In this document: in pieces, positions 23,744 through 32,629 of the stretch | How the letters are laid out: each line of letters opens with the position of its first letter | How positions within the stretch are numbered: position 1 is the first letter of the stretch | Origin: Eubacteriales bacterium | GTDB taxonomy: Bacteria; Bacillota; Clostridia; Oscillospirales; CAG-272 | Direction of reading: 5' to 3' | Assembly: GCA_045613705.1 (NCBI GenBank) | Contig: JAZLBM010000081.1 | Span: forward strand, 1-35,707 | DNA length: 35,707 bases | Notes under the pieces: model-generated | The model's database searches: none | Seen by the model: only the letters and a program-made list of their open reading frames with translations | Told to the model about the DNA's origin: nothing | Program-made: the position numbers and the translations under genes

Positions 23744-24628
23744 ATGCAGGACATTATTTACGGATCCATGAACGTAGACCAGCGATTCGCCGCATCCTTT
23801 GCCCCCAACCTCTACCACGAGGCATGGATGATCCCCGGCGTCACTTTCTCAAACCAGTACCAGCTGGGTGTCGCAGGCGGCTATCAGGTACATAAGTACG
23901 TGAAAGAGGAATCCATCCGACCCGGTAAGCCCGGAAGAGATTTCGATCACGAGGATGCCGAGGACGATCTGGTATCCATCGCCCTCACCAACAACTTCAT
24001 GAAGAGCCGAAAGCTTTACGGCGTGGCCATTAACGCCATTGAGGCACCCGCCGCCGAGGAGCTGCTGGCCGACACCACCAATCTGGCCAAAGAAAGCATC
24101 AACGGCTCCGGCCTTGCCGCTCTGGTGACCGAGGCTACCGCTTTTTCGGAGAAGGGCAACGTCGACAAGGACAACATCAAGGACGCCATCCTGTCCCTCC
24201 GCGCCTCTCTGTCCACCAAGGGCGCAAGCTCCGCCAAGGTGATCCTCGCATCCCCCGAGGCATATTCCGCATTCCTCGGTGCCGCCGGTAAGGACTTCAC
24301 CAACGGTCGCAACGAGAACATTCAGGGCACGGGCGTGATCCGTGACTGGTACGGCTTCACCATCATCGAGGCCTCACAGCTGGGCGCTTCTGGGTCTTAC
24401 TACTATCGCAACTACGCAGACGTGGAAAAGGAGGCAACCTCCGCCACCCTGAACAACATCAACTTCCTCGTCTACGATTACCGCGCATTCTTCGCCCTGA
24501 CCAACCTTGAGGTATTCCGCCTCATCGACGGCGGCAAGGACTTCAACGGCGTGCTGGCTCAGGTCGAGGTCAACATGGGCTTCCGTGTGACCAACCCCGA
24601 TCTGGTGTATATGCACACCAAGGCATAA
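23744..24628 (+). CDS. Major capsid protein
   Basis: 294 aa after the scaffold; ILASPEAY, G.IRDWYGFTIIE, GFRVTNP typical of HK97-fold coat proteins. Confidence 0.85.
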   Translation: MQDIIYGSMNVDQRFAASFAPNLYHEAWMIPGVTFSNQYQLGVAGGYQVHKYVKEESIRPGKPGRDFDHEDAEDDLVSIALTNNFMKSRKLYGVAINAIEAPAAEELLADTTNLAKESINGSGLAALVTEATAFSEKGNVDKDNIKDAILSLRASLSTKGASSAKVILASPEAYSAFLGAAGKDFTNGRNENIQGTGVIRDWYGFTIIEASQLGASGSYYYRNYADVEKEATSATLNNINFLVYDYRAFFALTNLEVFRLIDGGKDFNGVLAQVEVNMGFRVTNPDLVYMHTKA

Positions 24629-24649
24629 CACCACAAAGGAGGCCTCGCC

Positions 24650-25141
24650 ATGAAACCCTACTCCGACAACCACTTGACCTACGATGCCTCTGTACACCGC
24701 TACAAGCTCACCGAGCTGGGCGTATTGCAGAGACTCAACCGTAACTTGGGGGATGTCCTCGCGGACAATGGCGGGGCTTCCGACCCCAGAAACGAGCCGA
24801 ATATCGTCCTTGACCGAGTGTCTCGACAGATCTACGGCTTTATTTACTCCCACACCGCCGCCCCGTTGCGGCGGGAGCGGGAGATGGCACTCAATCCAGC
24901 CTACCGTGCGCCTCTCATGGAGGCGATGGAGGAGCAGCTGATATACGTGCTCAACAACGGTGATATGTCCGCGCATACGGGTATCAACCTCGACACGGGT
25001 ATGACCGTTGACCCCAACCGCCTGCGACAGGCAGAGATCGCGCCTATGGCGCGGGATATCCTCACCCGTTGCGGCCTCTGCTCCGTGGTCATCAATTACT
25101 GGTCGGATATCGTTCCCGACTACGATGGGGAGGGATACTGA
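24650..25141 (+). CDS. Head-tail adaptor
   Basis: Helical, follows the capsid gene; AMEEQLIY...IAPMARDILTRCGL. Confidence 0.7.
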   Translation: MKPYSDNHLTYDASVHRYKLTELGVLQRLNRNLGDVLADNGGASDPRNEPNIVLDRVSRQIYGFIYSHTAAPLRREREMALNPAYRAPLMEAMEEQLIYVLNNGDMSAHTGINLDTGMTVDPNRLRQAEIAPMARDILTRCGLCSVVINYWSDIVPDYDGEGY

Positions 25142-25515
25142 TGTACGACCACCTCAATCCTCACCCCACAACTCACCGCTGGGGGCGGTACTGGCGTGAT
25201 GCCTCCGTCCCCCAAAGGATCCCCGTGACAGACCCGGGGAGACCGTTCCGCTTTGCCTACGCCGACACCAACGTCACTATGGCGGAGATGACTGGAAATC
25301 TGGAGGTAGCGGAAAACACGATCACCATCACAACTAAATATGACTTCAATTGGAGCTGTGACGGCGCGATCTCGATTGACGGACGGCTCTACAAGATACA
25401 GGACGGCATCACCTCGCAGATGGTTGCCGACAAGACATACGGCCTCGCCAAGGGATTGATCAGACGGTATACCATCCGCCTCATGGAGATCCCCAACCCC
25501 GTGGGGGTGAGGTAA
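25141..25515 (+). CDS. Putative head-closure protein
   Basis: 124 aa beta-rich, ISIDGRLYKI; TGATG coupling. Confidence 0.6.
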   Translation: MYDHLNPHPTTHRWGRYWRDASVPQRIPVTDPGRPFRFAYADTNVTMAEMTGNLEVAENTITITTKYDFNWSCDGAISIDGRLYKIQDGITSQMVADKTYGLAKGLIRRYTIRLMEIPNPVGVR

Positions 25516-25519
25516 CGCC

Positions 25520-25816
25520 ATGACAGACGAGCAGTTTACCTCCCTTATGACCTCTCTTGTGGCCAAAATCCGAGACGATACGCCCATCGACACGGGAAAC
25601 CTACGATTAACAGCCACCAGCGGCAGACCGATAGGCGGCGGGGCGTTTGTCATATCCGTTTCGGCGAGAATCGCTCCGTATTTCCCAGCTGTAAACTACC
25701 GAGAGCGGTACGAAAACGGCCAACCAAACCCCAATTACCATTATTTCGAGAACTCTTTAGAGCGACACCTCGAAACAATAGCCCAGCAGATAGGAGGAGT
25801 AATAGAGTATGAGTAG
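25520..25816 (+). CDS. HK97 gp10-like neck protein
   Basis: TPIDTGNLR motif, APY..VN. Confidence 0.7.
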   Translation: MTDEQFTSLMTSLVAKIRDDTPIDTGNLRLTATSGRPIGGGAFVISVSARIAPYFPAVNYRERYENGQPNPNYHYFENSLERHLETIAQQIGGVIEYE

Positions 25817-27104
25817 CTTTGACTACACAGCGATAGCGCAGATCATCTCCGACGAGCTGGGCTATCACCTTTTTGTGGACTACGGCACGATTGAGGCCAA
25901 GGACGCGCCATACCGCAAGATCAACGAGATCATCACCCCCATTATGGGCGTTTTCCGCATTAACCCTGCCAAGATCACCGCCCTGCCGTACCCCTATATC
26001 GGCGTAGGCTCTGCCACCATTGACATTCCAGCCCCGACCGATATGGCAGAGGACGTTCGCGCCGCCCTCAATGACCTTGCAGGGCGGCTCCACTCAACCG
26101 CGTGGAAGATCAAGCAAGGCGACACCACGTACTCGGTGGTCTACACCTTCGAGACTCCCATCGTCGGCACTCGCCGCAGAGACGTACCCGCATACGCGGG
26201 CGAGGTTATACCCATCACGCAGGTCATGACCATTACCGTGGTCGAGTCTGGCGTATCTGCGTTTGACGTGGCTGTCAAGATCAACGGCCTTGACGTACCG
26301 CTCCTCAACATGATGGAGACCCGCACCGCCGCCTCCGAGACTACCCCCAATGCAAACGCAAAGGGTGAGGTCACGATCTCGCAGGAGCTGTACGGCGTGA
26401 CCCTGACAACCGCCGCCGCGGAGAACACCCTCGGCGATCTGCTGGGGGAGATCGTCAGCGACGGAAACGGGAACCGCGCCCATGCCGTGGAGGTCATCCG
26501 CGCGGGCGTGTCAAGGGTCTACATGATGACTGTAGGCACGTCAGGAGCCACGGTACAGCCTCCTAACAACGTAGGGTATAACTTATCCCTTGCGGAGGCT
26601 TCCGCACAATCTGCGAGGTTTAGCGGCCTCTGGAAGGCCGTCAAGGTAACGGGAGCGTATGTGACCCGCAATCTCTCCGACGGCGTGATCTTTTGGGGAG
26701 ACGGAACGGGAGTCCGCGTAAAGGGCTACGCCACGCACACGTATCTTGACGGACGGGAAACCCACACCATATACTATATGACATACGGCGATACCTCCAG
26801 ATGGGGAGCCATCAGCAAGGGCGATACCCTCCGAGGGAAGCGCATTGCCCCCGCCATTGATGTGGTGTACACCAATTCTCTCCCCGTGTCTGTCATCACG
26901 ATGGATTCTGGAGACTCCCTAGGCATCGTTGACGGTCGCCTCAGGATGACCGTAGACGGGCGTGAGTACACGGTGGACAGATATACCACCGACGGCAACT
27001 ACGCGCTTCCTGCGCCGTTTGTGAGCCTCCTACGCGGTTCTGTGACCGCTATCAACACCGATCTGCTTGTATATGACCGCTGGGCGGCGGGATCGGAGGG
27101 CTGA
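25809..27104 (+). CDS. Structural protein, possible terminator/tube-like fusion with a PKD-like Ig domain
   Basis: Position after the gp10-like gene; 431 aa; IFWGDGT...HTY PKD-type motif. Confidence 0.55.
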   Translation: MSSFDYTAIAQIISDELGYHLFVDYGTIEAKDAPYRKINEIITPIMGVFRINPAKITALPYPYIGVGSATIDIPAPTDMAEDVRAALNDLAGRLHSTAWKIKQGDTTYSVVYTFETPIVGTRRRDVPAYAGEVIPITQVMTITVVESGVSAFDVAVKINGLDVPLLNMMETRTAASETTPNANAKGEVTISQELYGVTLTTAAAENTLGDLLGEIVSDGNGNRAHAVEVIRAGVSRVYMMTVGTSGATVQPPNNVGYNLSLAEASAQSARFSGLWKAVKVTGAYVTRNLSDGVIFWGDGTGVRVKGYATHTYLDGRETHTIYYMTYGDTSRWGAISKGDTLRGKRIAPAIDVVYTNSLPVSVITMDSGDSLGIVDGRLRMTVDGREYTVDRYTTDGNYALPAPFVSLLRGSVTAINTDLLVYDRWAAGSEG

Positions 27105-27105
27105 C

Positions 27106-27609
27106 ATGGCCAGCGGTAAGAGCATCAACATCACCATTCGCAACGAGACCGACGGCGACCGCGTACCCGTATCGACTCCCAACGAGCCGCAGGGCACGAA
27201 ATCGGGCGCACCTGTGTCCGTGGCCAAGGCCGAGCGGGAGCAGAGCAAAAACGCCCTTGTGGCGGGATTTGTAGTCGCCCAGCAGGTCAAGCCCTACGTG
27301 GATCAAGTCATTGGATTCTCGGTGTCCCAGATCCAAGCCACGACAGGATCGTCAGAGCTACAGCAAAGGGCGCAGGTGGTCTCGGGCGCGGTGTCTGCCA
27401 TAGCCAGCATCGGCATAGGCGCGGTGGTCGGTGGCGTTCCGGGCGCGGCCATATCCGCCGCATTGACCGTAGTCAGCGGCACGATCTCCGCCGTCCAAAA
27501 CGGTATTGCCATCGACACCAACCGCCGCATCGAGAGCGAGAGCATCGACCGCAAGACCTCGCGCTACGGCCAGACCATCAACAGATCCCGAACAGGAGGC
27601 GTGACATGA
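27106..27609 (+). CDS. Very short tape-measure-like / pilot protein (167 aa)
   Basis: INITIR N-terminus; A/G-rich hydrophobic GAVSAIASIGIGAVVGGVPGAAISAALTVVSG; precedes the large tail gene. Confidence 0.5.
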   Translation: MASGKSINITIRNETDGDRVPVSTPNEPQGTKSGAPVSVAKAEREQSKNALVAGFVVAQQVKPYVDQVIGFSVSQIQATTGSSELQQRAQVVSGAVSAIASIGIGAVVGGVPGAAISAALTVVSGTISAVQNGIAIDTNRRIESESIDRKTSRYGQTINRSRTGGVT

Positions 27610-30479
27610 TTAACAGCAAATATAACCGCCTCGTAATCGGCGGAGAAGATTACACCGAGTATTTCACTTTTCCCTTCATGGTGCAGAGAGCCCTTGACGA
27701 GACTCTTGATTTTGCGGTGGTAGAGCTTCATAATACCCGCCGAAAGAATCCCTTTACCCCATTCACCCCCGTGGAGATCGGGCGCGGGGAACACGCTATG
27801 AGCTTTATCGTGGCCATCGACGAGGTGGAGGAGAAGATCGGCGCGAACCGATTCAAGCACACCGTCACGGTCATGGAGTACACCAAGGAGACCGAGCGGA
27901 TCCTGTGCGGGGCGAAGGCGTTTACCAATCCGCTGGTGAGGGACTACACGGACGGGCAGACCTATGCGCTGGGTTTGCAGGTTCTCCCTATGTCCGGCAA
28001 CGAAGAATTTTTCAGTTTTACTTCCACCACTTTGCAAGATCCAATCAAAGCAGGTTTTACTGTCAGCCCTGTAGTAAATAAAGGCGTTCTTTCTGTATAT
28101 GCGGATTTTGGAATTGCTCAAATGGCGCACGCCGCAGACACCTATACTGTGGATCTGTACTATTCCTCAAAATACACTTTACAAAGAGAGACAGATAAGA
28201 ACGGCAAGGAAACGGGCGGATTTGAGATTGTCGGTAAAAAGATTTGGAGCAAGTCCATACCGTATGACAAGCAGGGATTGATCGAAAATGTAGATATATC
28301 CGCATACGGTGACGGGCAATACTTCATCATGTACCGCCCCACTCTCAATATCACACCGTCCCTGTATATTGCTACGCAGATACAAGTCGTACAGGAGGCC
28401 ATAGACAAGCCCCCCTACACCGTAGAGGACGTGGTCAATATCCTCCTTGACACCTGCGAAACCCTCCGCGAAGATCTGGACTCTCCCCGATACCGCCTCC
28501 GCTACAAGAGCGACAGACAGATGGAGATCTTCCGCAAGGCCGCCCCCGAGTTCCGCTTCTCCAACGGTCGGAGTCTATGGGAGTGCTTGCGAGAGGTAGG
28601 ACAGTACGTCCATGCAATCCCCCGCGCCGTCCATGACCTCACCGACGGGCTTGATTACATCGAGTTCGACGAGCTGGGAGGACTGGAACGGGCAGACCTG
28701 TCAAATGGTACACGCTACGGCGGCTCATCCACCGTCACCGTGGGCGATTACACAGCAGGGCTTGAAGCACTCGCCTCAAACCTCGTCAACCTTGACGATG
28801 AGGCGGACGGAAGCATGACAGAGCCTTTCGGCGGCGCATATATGTCTCTCCGAGCCTCTACCGAGGAGGTACGCATCACCGAAGGGACGGGCATTATCAA
28901 GACCGTCCACCCCATCGAAAAGCTCATAAAGGTAGAGGTTGGCTCCTTTACCGTAGGCGGGAAGACCTACGCAGGTGGCGATATTACCCCTTACATTTTT
29001 GAGAAATCCGAGTATGACATCCTCTCTGGATTCTCTGGCGCATATCCCACCTCCAAGACCTACGCCGTCTACTACAAGCAGGGCGCACCCAACATCGAAG
29101 GCCTGTGGTACAAGGCGCAGGATGCCGCCGTAGAGGCTCTCAACGCCTCGGAGGACTACTCCATCACCAACGTCATCACGGCAGTCACAGGCGCACCCTC
29201 GGGCATTTTGAGGGGGCTGGATTACCCTAATCTCATGTTCCGCGTGACCTACATTCCCTCCGTTACCGCCCGAGTGAGGGCGTACAAGCCCACCTATGAC
29301 GGCGCGTTTCCCTCGGTTCTGGCTCATAACCAGTCCGCAAATAAATTGTCGTCCCGTCAATTTGGGGAAAACCTGCGCGGCCAGCTTGCTATGATGGCCT
29401 CCTCCTCGGACTCCATGATGTATATGTTCCGGCGGCTGGAGGACGTTCCCTCCCCCGGGACTCTCTACGACGATGACAATTACATCTCCTCCGTGACGGC
29501 GCGTGTCTACCATGACTTTGTGCTGGCCAACATAGCCCTGTCCACGGGCTACAACCAGCTCGGCGCACGGGTGGAGATCAACAACGCCATCCGCCAATTT
29601 GAGATACCCTCATCGGAGGATCGCTACACGGTGCTGGAGGAATTCTGTGAGATCGGGCAAAAGACCGCCGACGATGCCAACACCGCTATGACCGCCGCCC
29701 TCCGTACCGAGGTTTTGCGGGCGTTTGCAAGCCAAGCATACGGTAAAGACGTGAGCCTTGCAGAGGTCACCACCTATGACGAGGACGGGAACGCCATCAC
29801 GCCTACCGCCGTGGCTCTGCCTGTCGTATCCCTTGCGCTGGGTACGTCCCTGTACTTTGGCTGGAGATTTGAGGACAATTTCGCGGCGGGATCCAAGTCC
29901 ACCACGGGAGAAAGCGGATATCGTATACAGGATTACGTCCCCTATGGGGATCCATTCTACGCACAAGCGCATTCGGTAGGCTTTAGGCTCTTGACGGGAG
30001 CCACCTCCTCCAATGCCCTTGAAACCGCCCACGGCTTGCCAGAATCGACGGGAATCACAGGGGGTACGGTTATGGCCGATACGGGCGCACACCCCATCCT
30101 GTGGCACAAGGACAGCGCAGACGCTGGGTGTCTGTCTTACCAACTCCACTACATCACCAATGACGGCTTGATCATCGGCGACGGCATAGCCTACCATTGC
30201 GCTGCCGTTCGTCAATCCCAAGCGGCCACCTCTGCGCAGATCTATTTCTACGCGCACCGCATAAACCAGCTCACTGGTACGACCGACGAGCGGGACTACC
30301 TCGCCACCTTCCCTGTCACCGTGGACACGGTCAATAATTGCTTGACCTACGTCGGCACACCGCCCACGGGATTTGAGAGCTGGGCGATCATCAAGGGCGG
30401 TAGGTTTATGATCGGCAAAAATACCCGTGTCGAACCGGGTAAAATCTACTTTAATTTTAAAAGGAGGCTTAAAACATGA
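27606..30479 (+). CDS. Large tail tip / baseplate hub protein
   Basis: 957 aa beta-rich; LVIGGEDYT start; SLWECLREVGQYVHAIPR hub-like motif. Confidence 0.65.
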   Translation: MINSKYNRLVIGGEDYTEYFTFPFMVQRALDETLDFAVVELHNTRRKNPFTPFTPVEIGRGEHAMSFIVAIDEVEEKIGANRFKHTVTVMEYTKETERILCGAKAFTNPLVRDYTDGQTYALGLQVLPMSGNEEFFSFTSTTLQDPIKAGFTVSPVVNKGVLSVYADFGIAQMAHAADTYTVDLYYSSKYTLQRETDKNGKETGGFEIVGKKIWSKSIPYDKQGLIENVDISAYGDGQYFIMYRPTLNITPSLYIATQIQVVQEAIDKPPYTVEDVVNILLDTCETLREDLDSPRYRLRYKSDRQMEIFRKAAPEFRFSNGRSLWECLREVGQYVHAIPRAVHDLTDGLDYIEFDELGGLERADLSNGTRYGGSSTVTVGDYTAGLEALASNLVNLDDEADGSMTEPFGGAYMSLRASTEEVRITEGTGIIKTVHPIEKLIKVEVGSFTVGGKTYAGGDITPYIFEKSEYDILSGFSGAYPTSKTYAVYYKQGAPNIEGLWYKAQDAAVEALNASEDYSITNVITAVTGAPSGILRGLDYPNLMFRVTYIPSVTARVRAYKPTYDGAFPSVLAHNQSANKLSSRQFGENLRGQLAMMASSSDSMMYMFRRLEDVPSPGTLYDDDNYISSVTARVYHDFVLANIALSTGYNQLGARVEINNAIRQFEIPSSEDRYTVLEEFCEIGQKTADDANTAMTAALRTEVLRAFASQAYGKDVSLAEVTTYDEDGNAITPTAVALPVVSLALGTSLYFGWRFEDNFAAGSKSTTGESGYRIQDYVPYGDPFYAQAHSVGFRLLTGATSSNALETAHGLPESTGITGGTVMADTGAHPILWHKDSADAGCLSYQLHYITNDGLIIGDGIAYHCAAVRQSQAATSAQIYFYAHRINQLTGTTDERDYLATFPVTVDTVNNCLTYVGTPPTGFESWAIIKGGRFMIGKNTRVEPGKIYFNFKRRLKT

Positions 30480-31378
30480 TCCTTTTCCATGCAAAGCGGG
30501 ACGGGACGGTAACGACTACGCCGCAGCTCGTCCCGCACGGATCCTCCATGCAGGATTTGATGGTGGTAAGCGAGTTTGATTATGCATATTGTACAATCAA
30601 GCTCACGCCCGCCTCGGGTATGTATATCCCCGACATCCCTTGCACTCCTATCCTGCAAAGCAACGGCACAACCATCTGGACGGCGTATTTGCCGCCCGAG
30701 GCAACCGTAGTAGCAGGATCTGTGACCTATCAGCTTATTTTCACCGCGGCGGACGGGACCCGTCAAGGTACCTTAGATGGATGTTTTACAGTCCCCAGAG
30801 GGGCTATCACCAATACCCCCGATACCGTTGGGAAGCTGGAAAACAAAACCGTAAATGACCTTTATACGGTCTTGTCCAATATCTATGCGTCCTTTGTTGG
30901 ACACGAGATGGATATCAACGCTCTCAAAAACAAGGTAACATCCGGGGAAATCTACGTCGGCTCGGGCGAGATGCCCGAAAATTGCATACTGCAGATTATT
31001 CTTGACGAGGACGAACCCGACGAACCCGAAGAACCCGAAGAACCTGAAGATCCAGATGAGCCAAATACCGCGATACAACATAATGTCGAGTATAAATTTT
31101 ACGACACCAATCAAGTCTTAACGTCTATCTCACACGAGGGCAAAGTTACAGCCGGCGAGCCGTTGAATAAAACGATTTATGGAAAAACGGGACAAACGAC
31201 CGAGAGCATAAGTGTGCAAATGGGAGAGACAACAATCACCGCTGCGAGGGGAGATACCAAAAACAACGGAATCATCACTTGCTTCCTTGACGCGGACGGG
31301 GGCGAAGGCGGAGTAATTATCTCTGCAGTAACCGGTGATGTAATTGTCTCTATCGTAACGGCCAAGATCGAAGGATAA
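30476..31378 (+). CDS. BppU-like upper baseplate/fibre-anchor protein with EP linker and C-terminal beta domain
   Basis: LPPEATVVAGSVTYQL BppU-like motif; DEPDEPEEPEEPEDP linker; SVQMG...ISAVTGDVIV domain. Confidence 0.6.
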   Translation: MILFHAKRDGTVTTTPQLVPHGSSMQDLMVVSEFDYAYCTIKLTPASGMYIPDIPCTPILQSNGTTIWTAYLPPEATVVAGSVTYQLIFTAADGTRQGTLDGCFTVPRGAITNTPDTVGKLENKTVNDLYTVLSNIYASFVGHEMDINALKNKVTSGEIYVGSGEMPENCILQIILDEDEPDEPEEPEEPEDPDEPNTAIQHNVEYKFYDTNQVLTSISHEGKVTAGEPLNKTIYGKTGQTTESISVQMGETTITAARGDTKNNGIITCFLDADGGEGGVIISAVTGDVIVSIVTAKIEG

Positions 31379-31392
31379 GGGAGGACAAAATC

Positions 31393-32616
31393 ATGGCTAA
31401 AATGAGAGTAAGAAAACCCGACGGAACGATCGAGACCGTGCCTTTGGGATCCGGCGTACATATCGGAACCGACGAGCCTACGGACGGCAGCACGGTATGG
31501 ATCGACACCGACGAGCAGGAAGAGCCCGATGAGGAAGAGGTCGTAGGCATTCAGTCCATCGAACAGACTGAGACCTCCACCGCTGACGGTGGTGAGAACA
31601 TCATTACCGCCACCCTGACAGATGGTAGCGAGAGCGTTTTCAGGGTGAGGAATGGCTCTAAAGGTTCTAAGGGCGACAAAGGCGACAAAGGCGACAAGGG
31701 CGACCCCTACACCTTGACAGCGAGCGACAAGCAGGAGATCGTGTCCGATGTCATCGGTAGCCTGCCCGAAACTCCGAGCTCGGGAACCACCATCGACGTA
31801 GTTGCGGAGGTCGGACAGACCATCGTGGTCAAGGAGGTGGATGCCGGCGGCAAGCCTACGAAGTGGGAAGCGGCTGACTATCAGCCGAGGACGCACTATC
31901 CCACGATTGTAGACCACGATATTGTGCCTTTAATGACATTTGAAACTGCTTTTGACTCAATGTTTCAAGCCTTTGCATATGATTTTGAAACACCTTTTGA
32001 ACTCGTAGAAGGCAAGGAATATAATGTCACCTACGATGGGGTAGAGTACACTCAATCTGCTTTTTCAGGTTCATTCCAAGGGATTCCGTTTGTAGCAATC
32101 GGAAATGCTGTCCTTGCTGGTTTGGAAAATACGGGTGAGCCGTTCTGTGTCGTGGTCATAGGGGGTATGTCCTGTACCTGTTTCTGTATGACCGACACGG
32201 CTGAAACCGAACACTCAATTCGTGTGTTTGAGAAAGGGCTAAGCTATAAGACGATTGACGAACATTATTTACCTAATCGTCTGAAGCCTTATATTGTGAA
32301 AGTCATAGATGGCCAAATTGACGATGCAATTATTCCAAATACCGGCGGTACTTGTGTTGTAGATTCTATAAGTTATGACGAGTTTGCCGAGCATATTTAT
32401 AACGGCGGCGAATTCATATTGGAATTCCGGAACAGTCTTGGGGATATTGAGCGACTTTATCCTAGAAAGTGGACGTATTATGTCTTTGGGAAGTCTATAT
32501 CATTGCATTTTATCTATGGATATCGTAGTGTCGAAGTAAACAATAATTATGTTAGTGACATACTGGAGTTAGAGCTTATATTCAGAAATGGCACTTGGAC
32601 ACCGCCCACGGATTAA
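31393..32616 (+). CDS. Tail fibre/adhesin with short collagen-like repeat
   Basis: HIGTDEPTD..VWID; GGENIITATLTDG...NGSKG(DKG)n; lower-GC C-terminal region. Confidence 0.75.
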   Translation: MAKMRVRKPDGTIETVPLGSGVHIGTDEPTDGSTVWIDTDEQEEPDEEEVVGIQSIEQTETSTADGGENIITATLTDGSESVFRVRNGSKGSKGDKGDKGDKGDPYTLTASDKQEIVSDVIGSLPETPSSGTTIDVVAEVGQTIVVKEVDAGGKPTKWEAADYQPRTHYPTIVDHDIVPLMTFETAFDSMFQAFAYDFETPFELVEGKEYNVTYDGVEYTQSAFSGSFQGIPFVAIGNAVLAGLENTGEPFCVVVIGGMSCTCFCMTDTAETEHSIRVFEKGLSYKTIDEHYLPNRLKPYIVKVIDGQIDDAIIPNTGGTCVVDSISYDEFAEHIYNGGEFILEFRNSLGDIERLYPRKWTYYVFGKSISLHFIYGYRSVEVNNNYVSDILELELIFRNGTWTPPTD

Positions 32617-32629
32617 AGGAGGCTAAATC

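Noticed and set aside
25520-27609. Tail-assembly-chaperone programmed frameshift
   Set aside because: No chaperone-like ORF pair or convincing slippery site seen before the tape-measure-like gene.
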